Assembly (NCBI GenBank): GCA_964016885.1 | Contig: OZ024743.1 | Location: forward strand, 259,284,001 to 259,348,000 | Length of the DNA stretch: 64,000 nucleotides | From: Eledone cirrhosa | Taxonomy: Eukaryota | Reading direction: 5' to 3' | Shown here: piece by piece, positions 1 to 13,310 of the stretch | How positions within the stretch are numbered: position 1 is the first letter of the stretch | How the letters are laid out: the number at the start of each line of letters is the position of its first letter | Notes under the pieces: model-generated | What the model was told of the DNA's origin: nothing | Databases searched by the model: none | Seen by the model: the letters and a program-made list of their open reading frames with translations, nothing else | Position numbers and translations under genes: made by a program

Positions 1-85
1 AACGAATCGTAAACGTCTTTGCACAAGTGGACACAGACATACGTATAAAGCTGTGGCCATATATATGTGTCTCAATGTGTGTTTA

Positions 86-120
<35 letters not shown>

Positions 121-1802
121 CATTCCCATGAAGCGCACAGTTAAATCAGTTTTCTATTTCTATTTCAAATATTTAATCTTCTATTGTGTGAATAACGAGC
201 GTACAGTCATTAGGCAATGAAATGCATGCAGTGAAGTGTAAGTATAATAGATTAAATAATAAATAGCCTTCATAATGGGCTCTTCTTTCCACTAGCTTAA
301 TTAGCAATTTAATTACATTTATGCAAAGGAGATTAAATGTATTTGATTGTGTTTAGTTATTAAATCGAAATCACAGAAATTCAGGTAAAATGCTATCACT
401 ACTTGGGTTTTAGGCACAAAATATTAAACGTTAGTGGGGATTTGAGGATAAACTCGTAAATAAAAACGTGATACTTGAGAAAAGTATTCTATGGTAACAG
501 CAATAATCCATTGTTATAATCTAAGTAGATTTAAATAAAAGCAATGTATACATACATGTCTAGCGCTAACCATTAATCTAACTAGGTAACCACTTAGTGC
601 GCAAATCCCAAAGAGGTACATTACTGAACCTTAGCGTATAACATTTTAATTAATTATATTAATTATATAATAATTTCCTGTAAGCCCAGTGAATCGTTAA
701 GAATCTTTGGAGTGTATCAACGTTGTCGACATATCCGAAGCAGTGGAAATGGTCATAGAGTGTTATGATTTGTCCCATAGGTATAACGTGGGGGAGTGTT
801 GACGATGTAGTGGGAAATGCCGATTTAATAATGTCAAGAACTTGATCGTTTGCTTACCCAACTGAAATTATTTTATTTCGGAGAGGGGGCACATACTTGC
901 GAGAGGGGCACATATTGTGTAGCTAACCTAAGGTGATGAATACCCAAGCACCAGCTCCCGGTACACACGTTACAATCAGAGGTGTAACTGTATATAGCTA
1001 ATGCTTTGGTAAAGAAATTAATAATGACAAATTTATTTTATGACCTTATCAGAAGAAGCGGTAGTGCCAATGACATATTTCAGAGTCACTGAGATCAATT
1101 GGAGAAGAAGAGGTAAGCATATTGTTGTCAGATACCCGGGCTGAATGTTTGCAGGGATACAAATACCCTCACAAGCGTAGGTTCGCACATCAATACATAT
1201 CACCACAAACATGGAAAAGAAGTACAGTAAATTAATTACCCTTTTAAAGCAAGAGATATCCATCAAGTTACATTAAGCTCTAAAGGACGTGACTGGCAAA
1301 CGGTGTCCATTTTTGTCTCTCCCATTAAACACACTTTATATAATTCCATTATAGCGTTACAGCTGGCGAAACATTAGCACTGAGATGGTGTTATGCCTAT
1401 ATTCACGAGCATATATATACATAGACAAACAAACACATGCGTGCATATATATATACACACATACATAGACATACCTACATTCACTGATATACACATACAC
1501 ATATTCACACATACACGCATATATACACATATATAAAAACATATACACACGCACAGATAAATATATATTAATATATAAGCCCGTGTGCACAAATATATAC
1601 AAATAAAAATGTAGAAAGACGCAGAAAAATATTTTATCGGTATAAGTACGTAAATATTTGGAGAAGAGCAACAGGGAAAAGAAGGAGAGAGGGAGAGAGA
1701 GGGGAAGTGAAATGAGAGAGAGAGAGGGGTAAGAGAGGGAGAGAAAGAGAATATAATGGGTCCATTAACAAACATAGGACATGATCGAGTTAGCAAGTAC
1801 GG

Positions 1803-1894
1803 ACAGTGTACTGAACAATTTCTTACATAACTTGCCGCTTGACACACGCATCCACACATACATAGTACTACATGTATGTAATAAGCAGATAGCG

Positions 1895-1933
<39 letters not shown>

Positions 1934-2022
1934 TATACACATATATATACACATACATATATATATATATATATACGTATATATATACATACATATATAT
2001 ACACACATATATATACACATAC

Positions 2023-2081
<59 letters not shown>

Positions 2082-2218
2082 CACACATATATATATATAT
2101 ATATGTGTATATATAACGCTATCTGCGTATTACATACACACATACATGTAGTACTATCTGTGGATGCGTGTGCGTGTGTCAAGCGGCAAGTTATGTAAGA
2201 AATTGTTCAGTACACTGT
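1803..2218. mobile_element. Fold-back/MITE-like element: about 100-bp inverted repeats enclosing a (TA/CA)n tract
   Basis: ACAGTGTACTGAACAATTTCTTACATAACTTGCCGCTTGACACACGC (about 1803-1895) is the reverse complement of about 2115-2218. The termini are CAGTG...CACTG, followed by TA on the right only (Tc1/mariner-like). Confidence 0.65.
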
Positions 2219-2509
2219 ATATATATATATATGTTCACGTGACAGCCATAATTTCATTTATAACCAACCAAAAAAAAAGCCTTCGTGAGCCCCTTTTTTC
2301 AAGTAAAAAGAAATTCAAACACTCATATATGAAAAAACAACCTGTGACAATACACTCCCCCCCCTCTTATTTGAAGAACTATTGTAACGCGAACTGGCGC
2401 GAAATTTATTATAATTATTGACAAACCAATCAAATTACTTCTCGAAAAACCTGGCATTTCGAGCCACCTTTTCCATATAAAACAAGTAACATTCAGAGAC
2501 CAACCAGAT

Positions 2510-2715
2510 GTGAGAAAAACCACAGACCCTCCATCTCAACTCACCTTTTGAAAAGCAGAAGAACTGCGAAACCGGTAAAGGAACCAAATAAATATATATA
2601 TTTAAAAAAAAAATAAGACTCCAGTTGCATTTTCGATTTCATCTCTTTTTCTTTATACTTTCACTCGTGTAGGACACTTCGGTTATTTTTCATTTTGTAA
2701 AAAAAAAAACCTCAC

Positions 2716-2722
<7 letters not shown>
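2510..2722 (+). mobile_element. Short hammerhead-bearing repeat (Penelope pLTR-like), copy 1
   Basis: A near-identical inverted copy lies at 25835-26040. Both end in (TA)n and carry the hammerhead followed by AATAAA. Confidence 0.7.
2544..2581 (+). ncRNA. Minimal type I hammerhead ribozyme, U3/A8 core variant
   Basis: CCTT-TTGAAAA-GCAG aagaa CTGC-GAAA-CCGG-TA-AAGG. Stem I CCTT/AAGG, stem II GCAG/CTGC, palindromic stem III ACCGGT, GUA site. Confidence 0.7.
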
Positions 2723-2781
<59 letters not shown>

Positions 2782-2912
2782 CTAGATCTGTATATAATAC
2801 ATTAAAAATACAAAAAACATTGCATTTAATACTTTACAAAGCATTTCATGAGATGGCGATGCGAAGAAATCGCAGAAAAACCTTCAAAATCTGGAAACGA
2901 ACAGAAGACTGT

Positions 2913-3012
<100 letters not shown>

Positions 3013-3017
3013 ATATT

Positions 3018-3076
<59 letters not shown>

Positions 3077-3232
3077 GTATATAAATATAAGATTAAATTC
3101 AATATAAGAACGAAGACATAAAACAGAGTTATATATATATAGAGAGATAGATATAAACGTGTATATATATATATATACGTCGAGAATTAGCCGTCGAAAC
3201 GGCTTGAGCTCAGCCGTCGGGGTCTTACTGGT

Positions 3233-3274
<42 letters not shown>

Positions 3275-3667
3275 GCAAGTCTGAAGAACTATTAGATAAA
3301 AAAAACACATATATAAATATGTGTGTGTGTATTTGAGGGTGTATGTGTATGTGTATGAGTCGATAGTATTTGAAAGTTAGCTGCAGAAAAGATGAAGTCC
3401 AAAAAGTCACCTGGCAACAGAAGAAATGTTATAATTGATTCGTAACCAGAGAATCTTCCCGTGATTTAATCAATTTATCTACTCGTTACACGTAAAACAT
3501 GCATTGTTCTCCGCCTCACACATGCTTATGTTTATACATATATACGTATATACCATATACGTACATATGTATATTATACACACAGACACGCATATATATA
3601 CATATATACGTACTTAAATACATACATATATACATACATACAAACATTTACATACATGCGCTTATAG

Positions 3668-3915
3668 CTGGCACTCCGTCGGTTACTACGAGGAGTGTTC
3701 CAATTGAACCGATCAACGGAAGAGCCTGCTCGTGAGAATAACGTGCAGGTGGATGAACGTTCCACAGACACGCGTACCTTTAACGTAGTTCTCAGGGAGA
3801 TTCAGTGGAACACAGAATGTGACAAGGCTGGCCCTTCGAATTACAGGTACAACGCATTTTTGCCAGCTGAGTGGATTGTAGCAACGGGAAATAAAGTGTT
3901 TTGCTCAAGGACACT
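3668..3915 (-). mobile_element. tRNA-derived SINE with CORE-like box (family 2), 5'-truncated
   Basis: The minus strand carries TCCTTGAGCAAAACACTTTATTT. Homologous copies lie at about 9270-9510(-), 27085-27360(-), 29718-29835(+), 42040-42230(-), 50365-50665(+), 61450-61690(-), 62720-63100(+) and 63480-63630(-). Confidence 0.7.
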
Positions 3916-3929
3916 TATTAAAGGGAGAG

Positions 3930-4960
3930 TCGTGGGGGCTGAGTCATCAAGCACGGCCCCCAGCGGATCCTGTCAGAAGCAACTGTCACCAATTTATCCG
4001 ACTGGAACCCCAAGTCTAACCAACCGAGCGCATGGATGTTATCCGACCACTTTGCTCGGGGTCTACCCCTTGGTTTCCTGCCGGTTAGTTTTGCCTGTAA
4101 AATATATGTTCAGCGATACTTTCGTGAGAGATTCTAACTCCATGTCCGTAATATCGGAGCTGTAATCTTTCAATTCGGAGTGACTCTTTGATCATCCAGC
4201 TGCGCACACTATCCAGTAACGTTACTTGAAAGACCCTTCGGAGGAACCCCATTTCAGCCGTTTTATTCGCGATCATATTTTCAGTCATTATCCAAGTTTC
4301 ATGAGCAAGGCAAGGGTTGGCATGAATATCGAATTGAAGATAGCGAGTTTGGCTTTTACACATACCTCCCTTCTAATTACCGAATACTAAAGCTGGCGCA
4401 TTACTGTATGAAACCCTCAAATCTTGCACTTAATTCAGCCTGCTGCATTCTATCACTCATGAAAACAGATACTTGAATTTCTACAAATACGTAAGTAGAC
4501 CTCCATTCACATGTAGAGGGCATGTCTGTTTTGGCAGCACTGATTTCTATTCCTGCCTCGTAACATTAAACAGCAAACCTATCAAGTGCATGTTAGCGAT
4601 CACCTTCTGACGAGTACCGTGTTGCCTTCAAATTCCAGCAGACTTATTCTGCATCTATCAGCCCTGATTCCACCACATCCAGCTAGTCTGCGTATGTTAA
4701 TCCTGTTCATGAAGATTATGACCAGGAGAGATGACAGTACGCATCCTTAGCGAATTCCGACACCCACATGGCTTCGGCTTAGCACCATTTACAGATCTTT
4801 CTTCCAGCCTAAGTTTCAAGACGTAAATACTCACCCCAAAAGAGCAACGGGTAACACATTTAGTTCCGAGGAAAATTCTCACAAACCAGTGGAGAGGTAC
4901 GAAGAGGCGAGTAAAGGTCACCTCTAAATACGCTTAGTACTCGCGGGTCTGAAAAAAGTA
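3930..4960 (-). pseudogene. RTE-clade LINE relic: RT and C-terminal region
   Basis: Minus translations GIR*GCVLSSLLVIIFMNRI (RT QGxxLSP region) and ETWIMT...AEMGFLRR...IERLQLRYYGH (RTE C-terminus), with stops and frameshifts. Confidence 0.75.
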
Positions 4961-5029
4961 GCAAATTAGAGACTGGTGCGATTAAGACTACCAAAACTGC
5001 GTTAGACACAATAAAAAACATTCATACAA

Positions 5030-5335
5030 CATCATCCTTTGCGCCGGTTAAAAAGACACGCATTCAGGCCTTAGGTAGAGGGATCTGTTTGAAAAATATA
5101 TTGCATACTCCATCTAACGCTATGAGAAGCGGCGATGGGCCTGCGACCTTTCCTGAAAATCGTGGGATGGGTACACAAATGCTGCATACCCCGAAACCAT
5201 AAAGAGGGTCCTGAAGGGAGCAAACTTTAACAATTGGCAACTGGAATGTTACAACCCTGAAAGTTAAAGAACATGAACTAATGGAGGAGGTCAGATGTTA
5301 CAGGCTAAATACATTCAGGGTTTCTTGAACAAAGT
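5030..5335 (+). pseudogene. RTE-like LINE 5' end: AP-endonuclease N-terminus relic
   Basis: Plus translation LTIGNWNVTTLKVKEHELMEEVRCYRLNTFRVS*TK resembles the GxWNVxxL...SETK start of APE domains. Confidence 0.65.
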
Positions 5336-5360
5336 TACGTGACTACTATAGATTTGGACT

Positions 5361-5456
<96 letters not shown>

Positions 5457-5566
5457 CTGTATATATATATATTAATACATTACATGCATATATGCATAAA
5501 TATAAATATACACAACATGATAATATATATTGAAAGGGCCATGCTGCAAATAAAAACACGCACACC

Positions 5567-5910
5567 AGTTGAAGAACATGAATATAACTTACGCAGGAGA
5601 ATCGACCAATAGTGTAGGAGGAAGGATAAATGAGCACTGTTGGGAATTCATCCTTTCTCCTACACAACAGACCGTTTCTTCTACGCATGTCGTTGTCATG
5701 TTTCTGAACTAATGCATGTGTTCTTATTGCCAGCATGGCCATCCCAATACATATTATCATCTTATGTAATTTAGCTCCCTGGAAAACATCAAGAGCAAAA
5801 TCATATTCATACACAAGGCCGGGACATGGGTAAGATTGATTAAGGAAGCCACTCATATAACAGAAATTAAACCAACCCTAATAGAAATCAGGAATGAAGT
5901 AGCAACAATC
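5567..5910 (+). pseudogene. Penelope-like GIY-YIG endonuclease relic
   Basis: Plus translation ITYAGESTNSVGGRINEH (YIGET..R..EH) and VRLIKEATHITEIKPTL (KEA..I...P.LN), with stops. Confidence 0.65.
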
Positions 5911-6088
5911 CAACAACCTAGAGACTGATAAAAATATTGATACGTAGAAACAGATTGACAGAAAGGCATACACAATAATAAACCCACCCTGAAAAGAAAG
6001 CCAAGAATAGAAAACTGACAACCCGACAACCTAGTGACGGATGACAAAACTATTACGACATTTAGGGAGTAGTAATATGGATGTATGT

Positions 6089-6184
<96 letters not shown>

Positions 6185-6989
6185 AAAACTAATATCCAGT
6201 CAAACAACTGCAAAGCTCGTTGTCGGAACAGATGAATCTCCGACTCACACACATACATTAGTTCCCTTTAGATATCTTCCTCGTTTATTTTAGTGATGTT
6301 CCCATGAAAATGTCAGTAACGATAAAAGCATATCTGAACTATTTATATCCCACAATATAGAAATGCTACGTAGTTTTTGATCTTATGTGCATAACACGTA
6401 AACAGCTAGATCTGTATATAATACATTAAAAATACAAAAAAACATTGCATTTAATACTTTACAAAGCATTTCATGAGATAGCGATGCGAAGAAATCGCAG
6501 AAAAAGCTTCAAAATCTAGAAACGAATCAGAAGACTGTAAAATATTAATTCTTAAGAAATTTTCATCTAAAGAAAAACGAACATTAAATTTTAATAGCAG
6601 TCATTTTCGCAGGTTCACGTTAGTTAAATTATAAACACATAATCTAATTTATAACTTCTGAATGCCATTCAAATGAAAAAATAATTAATTAAAATTATTT
6701 TTCATGAGCTCCTATATTTGTTTCAAATTAAATCCTATTCAAAGTGAAAAACACAGTCCATACCGATATATTACTGCTACTTTAATTCTTCACCTTTGAG
6801 TCTTATTTTGAATATTGAATTCTAACATTAGCACAATGTCTCAGATTTAGAGGAGAAAGGAGATAATGCTTAGCTAGATATTTGAAGGAAAATTGCTGTA
6901 AAACAGAATGTAAACCTTTTTGCCAACTTCAGCTTTCTTTTGTAATATACTTTATTCTTATTTAATGTTCTCTAAATATGTTTGATAGA

Positions 6990-7260
6990 TACAATAACAA
7001 ATGCGTGCTGGCAAACTGCCCCTCCACAACTCAGACATCGGCAGCACTATAAGACCTCTAAACATCCGTATTAAAGATCACCTCAATACTCATGAATCCT
7101 CGTTCAAGAAACATAGATATGTGCAAGAATATTAATAAAAGATATAACATTCACCATCGAAGCCAGAGTTAGGAATACTGGCAATCTCAAAATAAAAGAC
7201 TATAATAATAGCCAAACTGAAAACCCAAATAAATAATGGACTAGAACTTAACACCCACTG
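6990..7260 (+). pseudogene. Penelope-like GIY-YIG endonuclease relic
   Basis: Plus translation C..ANCP...IGSTIRPLNIRIKDHLNTHESSFKKH...GNLKIK...PQINNGLEL, with frameshifts. Confidence 0.7.
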
Positions 7261-7802
7261 GCTAACATAGACATACACAGTATGTCTATTCCATATAAAA
7301 ACGGTACAACAATAGCTTAAGTCAGAATATGGCTTAAATCACATAACACGAATTCAATTTACCACTTCTAGTGGTGAAGGGAAAAAACACCGCTTTCAAA
7401 TAAAATAAAAACGGCAACTTAATAGCATCACAAAATATACATCTCCGAATGAGTTTCTTCTGTTAAACTTAAAGGACTTTTAAAACACTACAAGGTAACA
7501 TCCCAACATCATCATATGTTTAACATTTATCGTCCTATTCCCACCGTGGCAGCCTTTAAACAAAATATTATTTTTTCACTTTACACAATGCTTCAAGCAA
7601 ACAACACTCACTTAGCGAAAATTGTATTTTAAGGGACGGAAAATAAGGTGTTATTTTAAAAGAGTATACTTGGTATAATAATCGAAATGAGATTCAACTG
7701 GGTATCAAAACAACGATGAGACCTCGATTTATCAGAAATGTATTTTAACCTGAAATGCTCATTACAACTTTTAATACTAGTGCGACAAATATTTTGGAAA
7801 AC

Positions 7803-8119
7803 CAGACCTGCCAACCTCTAAAAATCCCAAAAGGGAGTAAGTACCATGAAAAACACTGCCCCCAAACGGGGAGAAATGAGGCAAAATGGGGAGATGTTAC
7901 ATAATTGTTTCTACTTTTGGCACAAGGCCAGCAATTACCCAGTGTATTACTGGTACTTTATTTTATCGACCCCGTAAGGATGAAAGGAGATGTTACATAA
8001 TGAAAGGGGAAATGTTACATAATGAAAGCTACACCCATTTACCCAAGAGAAGATATCTCTCATCTACCCCAAAGTGGGTGGGAGAACTCCCCGTCCGACA
8101 GGGAGAATTGACATGTCTG
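7803..8119. mobile_element. MITE carrying a nested SINE fragment
   Basis: Termini CAGACCTGCCAAC...TTGACATGTCTG; a second copy without the insert lies at about 60811-61006. The SINE piece (about 7906-7985) is flanked by the 16-bp duplication GGAGATGTTACATAAT. Confidence 0.7.
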
Positions 8120-8960
8120 GAGAAACGTATAATTGTTTGAATCAACTGAATACAACTAATAATCATTTTAGCGACTGGAAGTTAATGGATAAAATCAAAT
8201 ACAAGCTAGATTTGAACTCAGGATATCGATGGACATGAGCACTCACACTGTAAATATTACATAGGCTCAGGATATAAAAGAAAAATTATTGTAGACAAAG
8301 AAATGAATCAATTGGTTTTAATTTTAAAACATGACAGAAAAATTGTTTTGTGATTTCGACACATATGATTATCGAAATAGCAACGAAAATAGACTAAGAT
8401 ATAAGTCTCTTCTTTAGAGACTGAAAACAAAGAAAAGAGAAAATGACTATTCATATTGACAAGCATCAACTTGATTGGAATGGTATATATAGAGAAATAT
8501 TTCCTTAGTTGGCCAAACATTCAAGTATATTTCTAGACACAACTCTCAAATTATTGATAGATTTCAATACCACTTGGCACCACAAATTCCTGTGTGAGCC
8601 AGCTTACGTTGGAATGTCTCCATGCATTTTCTACTTGCCTGGCACACTTCCCTTTGGTTTACGTTGTCTAATATTCAATGATTGATACCTTTGTATCTAC
8701 TGAACTAAGGAATTATAACAAAGAATTCTTTTCTCAAGAACCTGTATTTCGATTTTAAAGTTTCTACTAAATATCTATTATGGCCGAAATGCAAACTCGG
8801 AATAGTTCCTCCGTTTACAAACCTCTAGGGATATATACAGCTGCTATTTAATTCTGATTTCTGTAGCGTTAAACACAAAGCAGACAACAAAAGTTACGGG
8901 CTCTATTCCCACAAATAAGTGAGTTGCATAATAATGTGTTCGATCTGTAGCTATAATAAA

Positions 8961-9012
8961 AACATCTGCTGAAGATGTACACTTCTGATACTTAAACTAA
9001 AAGTCCAATATT
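8961..9012 (+). ncRNA. Decayed type I hammerhead
   Basis: AACATCTG-CTGAAGA-TGTA...TACT-TAAA(for GAAA)-CT aaa AG-TC-CAATATT. GUC site; G12 is mutated and stem I is degenerate. Confidence 0.4.
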
Positions 9013-10593
9013 TAATCCATTCAACCATTTCGACTATTTCAGAAATCGCAGGATTTATTAATGGTCGGTACTTAACATGGGTTTCGCATAGGAATAACTA
9101 TAAAACACTTCTTTTATCCTCGGTTATTAACGTAATGTTATCCAACTTTGAAATTACCTAACATTTGAAATGTTATATAGATAAGTTATTCTTCTGCCAG
9201 TCTCACATAAAGCTTCTAAAGTTTCAATCCTCAAATATTCTAAGCGTGCAATTCCTTCGATTGTGTTATTCGACCGCTATCCATTCTAATGAATCAACTC
9301 ATCAACGAAGCAGCTCATGAAATTAACGCGGAAGAGGCTGAACAAATGCCCTTAACGCAGTTCTCAGGGAGATTCAGCATAATATAATTTGTAACATAGC
9401 TGGCTTTTTCATTTACAGGAACTGTATATTTTTTCCAGCTGAGAGGACTGTAATAAAATTAAATAAAGTGTCTTGTTCAAGGACACAATGCGCCGCCGGC
9501 AATCGAGCTTATGTCTTTTCAATTGTTAAGTAAACTCCCTAACTTCTAAAAGACGCACTTTCACAAATGTTTCATTCGTTATGCTGAAGATATATAATAA
9601 TCGAGCCAATACTGAGGCATTTATATGTATATATGGGCCTGACAGAGTATTGGCCCCTTTAAATCTGGTGGAGCCCATCTCTCCAGGCCTGAATATAGAT
9701 GATTTTCCCAAGAGATGAAGAGGTTTATAGAGAGAAAGTGAGAAAGAGATATAGAGGAGTAATCGCCCCCAGCACTCGACTGGTACATTTTCTATCGGCA
9801 TCGAAATGATGAAAGGTAAAGATGACATCAGTGAGAATAGAACTCGGAGCACATTCCGACATTCTAATGATTCTGCAAATCTGCCGCCTCATTAAGGCAT
9901 GTATACATATGTATGTATGTACGCGTAACTCTCAATTGAGTCTTAGGGGCGCCATACTAATATACGTCGTTTCTTGGACATTTTAAAACTTAGTTCTTTC
10001 TGACATTGGCACAGGCCAACTATTTAGAGGAATGGGAGAGTTGATTATATCGGATCCAGTCCTTAACTGATACTATAATTATATCTGTCCTGCAAGGATA
10101 AAAAAGCAATATTGACTTCAGTAGGATTTTAACTAAGAACATATTTTGTCCGACAATCTACTGATACTGTCAAGCCACTGCTAAAAATGATAACAACTTC
10201 AGCCAACAAACTTTGACGTCGAATTTCTATATCTAAGGATGTAGTTCTTCGACAACGTTGTTAAAGTTGTTATCGATCACTTTCCATTCCAATATTTCAC
10301 ACCCTTCTATCGATTAGTTGCATAATATATTTTACTTTTATTATCATTGATGGTTGATATTTCTGTAGCCTTCAAAGGTATTATGTCGATCAGAAAATGC
10401 GTGCAAATATTTATAATTTTTTTTTTATGCAATAGTTCCACATTTGTTAATAAAATTACAACCCGACGAAGTAAGTATCCAGAGTAACAAGACGTAATAT
10501 AGAATTTTTAAACTGTACTTCGATATTGAATACTCATACACACGTTCGTCGATAACACATAGATGCACGCACACACACACACACGCACGCACG

Positions 10594-10676
<83 letters not shown>

Positions 10677-10732
10677 ACACACACACATACACACATACAC
10701 ATACACACACACGCACACATACACACTCATAT

Positions 10733-10922
10733 AATAATTGTTTCTACTTTTGGAACAAGGCCAGCAATTATCCAGTGTATTACTGGTATTTTATTTTATC
10801 GACCCTGTAAGGATGAAAGGCAAAGTTAACCTCGGCGGGATATTAACTCAGACCATAAAGGGCCGTAACGCTTTGCTGCAAAGCATGGCGTCCGACCCTC
10901 TACCGATACTGCCAATCCACCA
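10733..10922 (-). mobile_element. tRNA-derived SINE with Nin/Deu-like domain (family 1)
   Basis: Family features: A-box TGGCAGTATCGG, B-box GTTCAAATCC (decayed in this copy), core GCCTTTCATCCTTACGGGGTCGATAAAA, tail CCTTGTGCCAAAAGTAGAAACA. Further copies or fragments lie at about 18905-19120(+), 24840-24938(+), 30759-30909(-), 36197-36310(-), 51028-51155(-), 51778-51965(-), 52500-52657(+), 54490-54900(-, tandem pair), 58905-59090(-), 61035-61225(-) and 62300-62355(-). Confidence 0.85.
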
Positions 10923-11692
10923 ATAAAATAATACAAGAACGATTTTATTACACTCTTACTAGCTCTTCACCTCCCCACTGACGGGAACCTAAACATCGAG
11001 TGCTCACCTGAGTGAACTTACAGTAACTTCACGTTACACTCCCTGGATATATATATATAGTATTAAGGATACTATTTATGGTTATGTATATAATAAAACC
11101 TTTTATAGTTATATATATTATAAACTCTAAATAGTGAAAGACAGTAATTCATTACTATCTTATTACCAGTAAGATAAATAGCTCAATGTAATAACATCAG
11201 TTGTTTTACAGAGCAGTTATATAGAAATTACATGAATCAAAGTTCAGTTTAAATCATTTATTTGCTTTCAATTGTTTCCTCCAAACCGAGGTTTGAATTC
11301 TTCGGAGCAACTATTTAGTGATTATTTACATACTTGACCTCCTTTTCAACACAAGAGACATATAAAAACATATGTATATATTGACCCACAGTGGGTTGAC
11401 ATCCATCATAATAATAGAGCATGGCAATTTACATACAAAGATTACAGTCATATTAAAGGACAAAATTAAAGTTAAAATAAAAATAAAAATAAAACAGTGG
11501 CAGTTTGTGAAGATAAAGCAAGAGGAAAGTTTATAGTAGTCAGTGTATGAAACAGTCTCACGTGTGGCATGCACGCGTGTCTTATTTATACAGGATTATA
11601 GTGCGGCAGATTGTTACATGTAAAACAAGCAGTTAAAGCAGGCAATCAATAGCATCATGGGGGCTGTATTGTTAAAGCATTTTTCACACACC

Positions 11693-12132
11693 TAAGCAAA
11701 GAATCGCTGCTTTCAACCTTAACGGGATCTTCTGAAACTAACAAAGTCAATCTGTAAACGCAGACGTGGATATTTAAAAAAACGTTGCAACCGGAAGACG
11801 ATACTTTGGTTCGTGGAAACGTTCCCTGGAAAAGTACGGGAAAAAACGAATATAATACGTCATTATTTGGAGCGGTGAAAAACAATTACACGCAAAGTCA
11901 GAACCACGTTTATGGTATAAAAGAAGTCGTAGTCTATTGTTCTCTTAGGTGGTTCATAGAGACGTTCTCAGGCAATGAACGGAAAAAAACGAAGATAATA
12001 CGTCATATGTAGACCGGGGAGAACAATTGCACGCAAAGAAAAAACCACGTAAATGGTATAACTGAAGTTGTTGACTAAAATTCTAACTAGGAAACCGATT
12101 GATTCTCGGCTTCAGAGTTAAGAATAAAGTAA
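11693..12132 (-). mobile_element. Repeat family with internal 141-bp tandem duplication and hammerhead-like fold (copy 1)
   Basis: Homologous to about 12620-12822(+) and 27996-28472(-). AACAATT recurs at 11881 and 12022. Confidence 0.75.
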
Positions 12133-12736
12133 ATAAAATACAGAGGTAATTGAAATAAATACATACACGCATCCATATATGTACATACACAAGCATACGC
12201 GAAAACACTCGCCATAGGTATACAAATACACGCACGTACACGAACAAAAAAACAAAAAAAAAAATACACACACATACAGAACCCTTCAACGCCTGTTTCC
12301 ATTTGTTAATATATTGTATATTTACTCCAATAATTTGTTGAGAGCTTTATATCAGTTATAAAAATATTTTGCTTGTTGTATCCCAACAAATTAAATATAA
12401 CCTCTACATATATATTAATATATATATATGTGTGTGTGTGTGCGTGTATACATATAATTAAATAAACGTATATAAATAAATACGTATATAACAAGCGCAC
12501 ACACATACCTACATGTAAACCACATATGTTCGGAGACGGACGTCAACCAAAACACGAAGCACACATATACACACACCCTACTTACGTACGAACCCGCATA
12601 CTCACACAGACGCGAAACTCACGTATTATATTCGTGTTTACCCGTACTTTGCCAGGGAACGTTTCCACGAACCAAAGTATCATCTTCCTGTCTTCCTCCG
12701 GTTGCAACATTTTTTTAAATATTCACTTCTGCGTTC

Positions 12737-12812
12737 ACAGATTGACTTTGTTAGTTTCAGAAGATCCCGTTAAGGGTGAAAGCAGTGATTCTTTGCTTAA
12801 ACTTTAATCTGT
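12737..12812 (+). ncRNA. Extended type I hammerhead-like fold with CAGAAGA core
   Basis: ACAGATTGA..AGTTT-CAGAAGA-TCCC gttaa GGGT-GAAA-GCAG..TTGC-TT-AAACT-TTAATCTGT. All three helices pair; U4 is replaced by A. Confidence 0.55.
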
Positions 12813-12910
12813 TATTTTAATAAATATTTGCTCTACGGTTGATATATATTTGATATATATTTATCCTTATCGAGCCCTCTTTGGATTTTAGTCTTCAAAT
12901 TTATTATTAT

Positions 12911-12966
<56 letters not shown>

Positions 12967-13109
12967 CAGGATAGAACTAGTTTAAAACTAGTTAGACCAT
13001 TACTCAATAGAGTACTTGATAATTGCGTCAGTAAAGAATGGATATATTATAACGAGTCGGGACCCGACGGCTGAGCTCTTGCCGTTTCAAAAGTTTGGAT
13101 TTTAGTTTC

Positions 13110-13310
13110 TTACTGGAGCAATGGTGTGAGTAGGTTATGCTTGGAAGCAAGGTTGGCTGGTAAGAGAAGCAGAGGCCGGCAGCCAAAACGATAGTTTGAT
13201 AATGTCAACTTATGGACTGGATTTAATCTTTGCTCTTTCAACTCTGCTGTTCATGATCGAACTTTGTGGAGAAAAATATCTCATGTCGATGCGCAGTCTG
13301 CAACTGGCGG
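13110..13310 (+). pseudogene. RTE-clade LINE 3' fragment
   Basis: Translation SRLCLEARLAGKRSRGRQPKR*FDNV matches the RTE C-terminal GKRxRGRPxxRWxD motif. Confidence 0.65.

Noticed and set aside
1033-1266. 77-aa ORF and neighbouring moderately GC-rich sequence as a host exon
   Set aside because: No recognisable motif in the frames I translated and no convincing splice-site pair.
1357-2182. Long YI/VC/HT-repeat ORFs here and at 23, 26, 41.6 and 56 kb
   Set aside because: They are translations of (TA)n, (CA)n and (TATG)n microsatellites, not genes.
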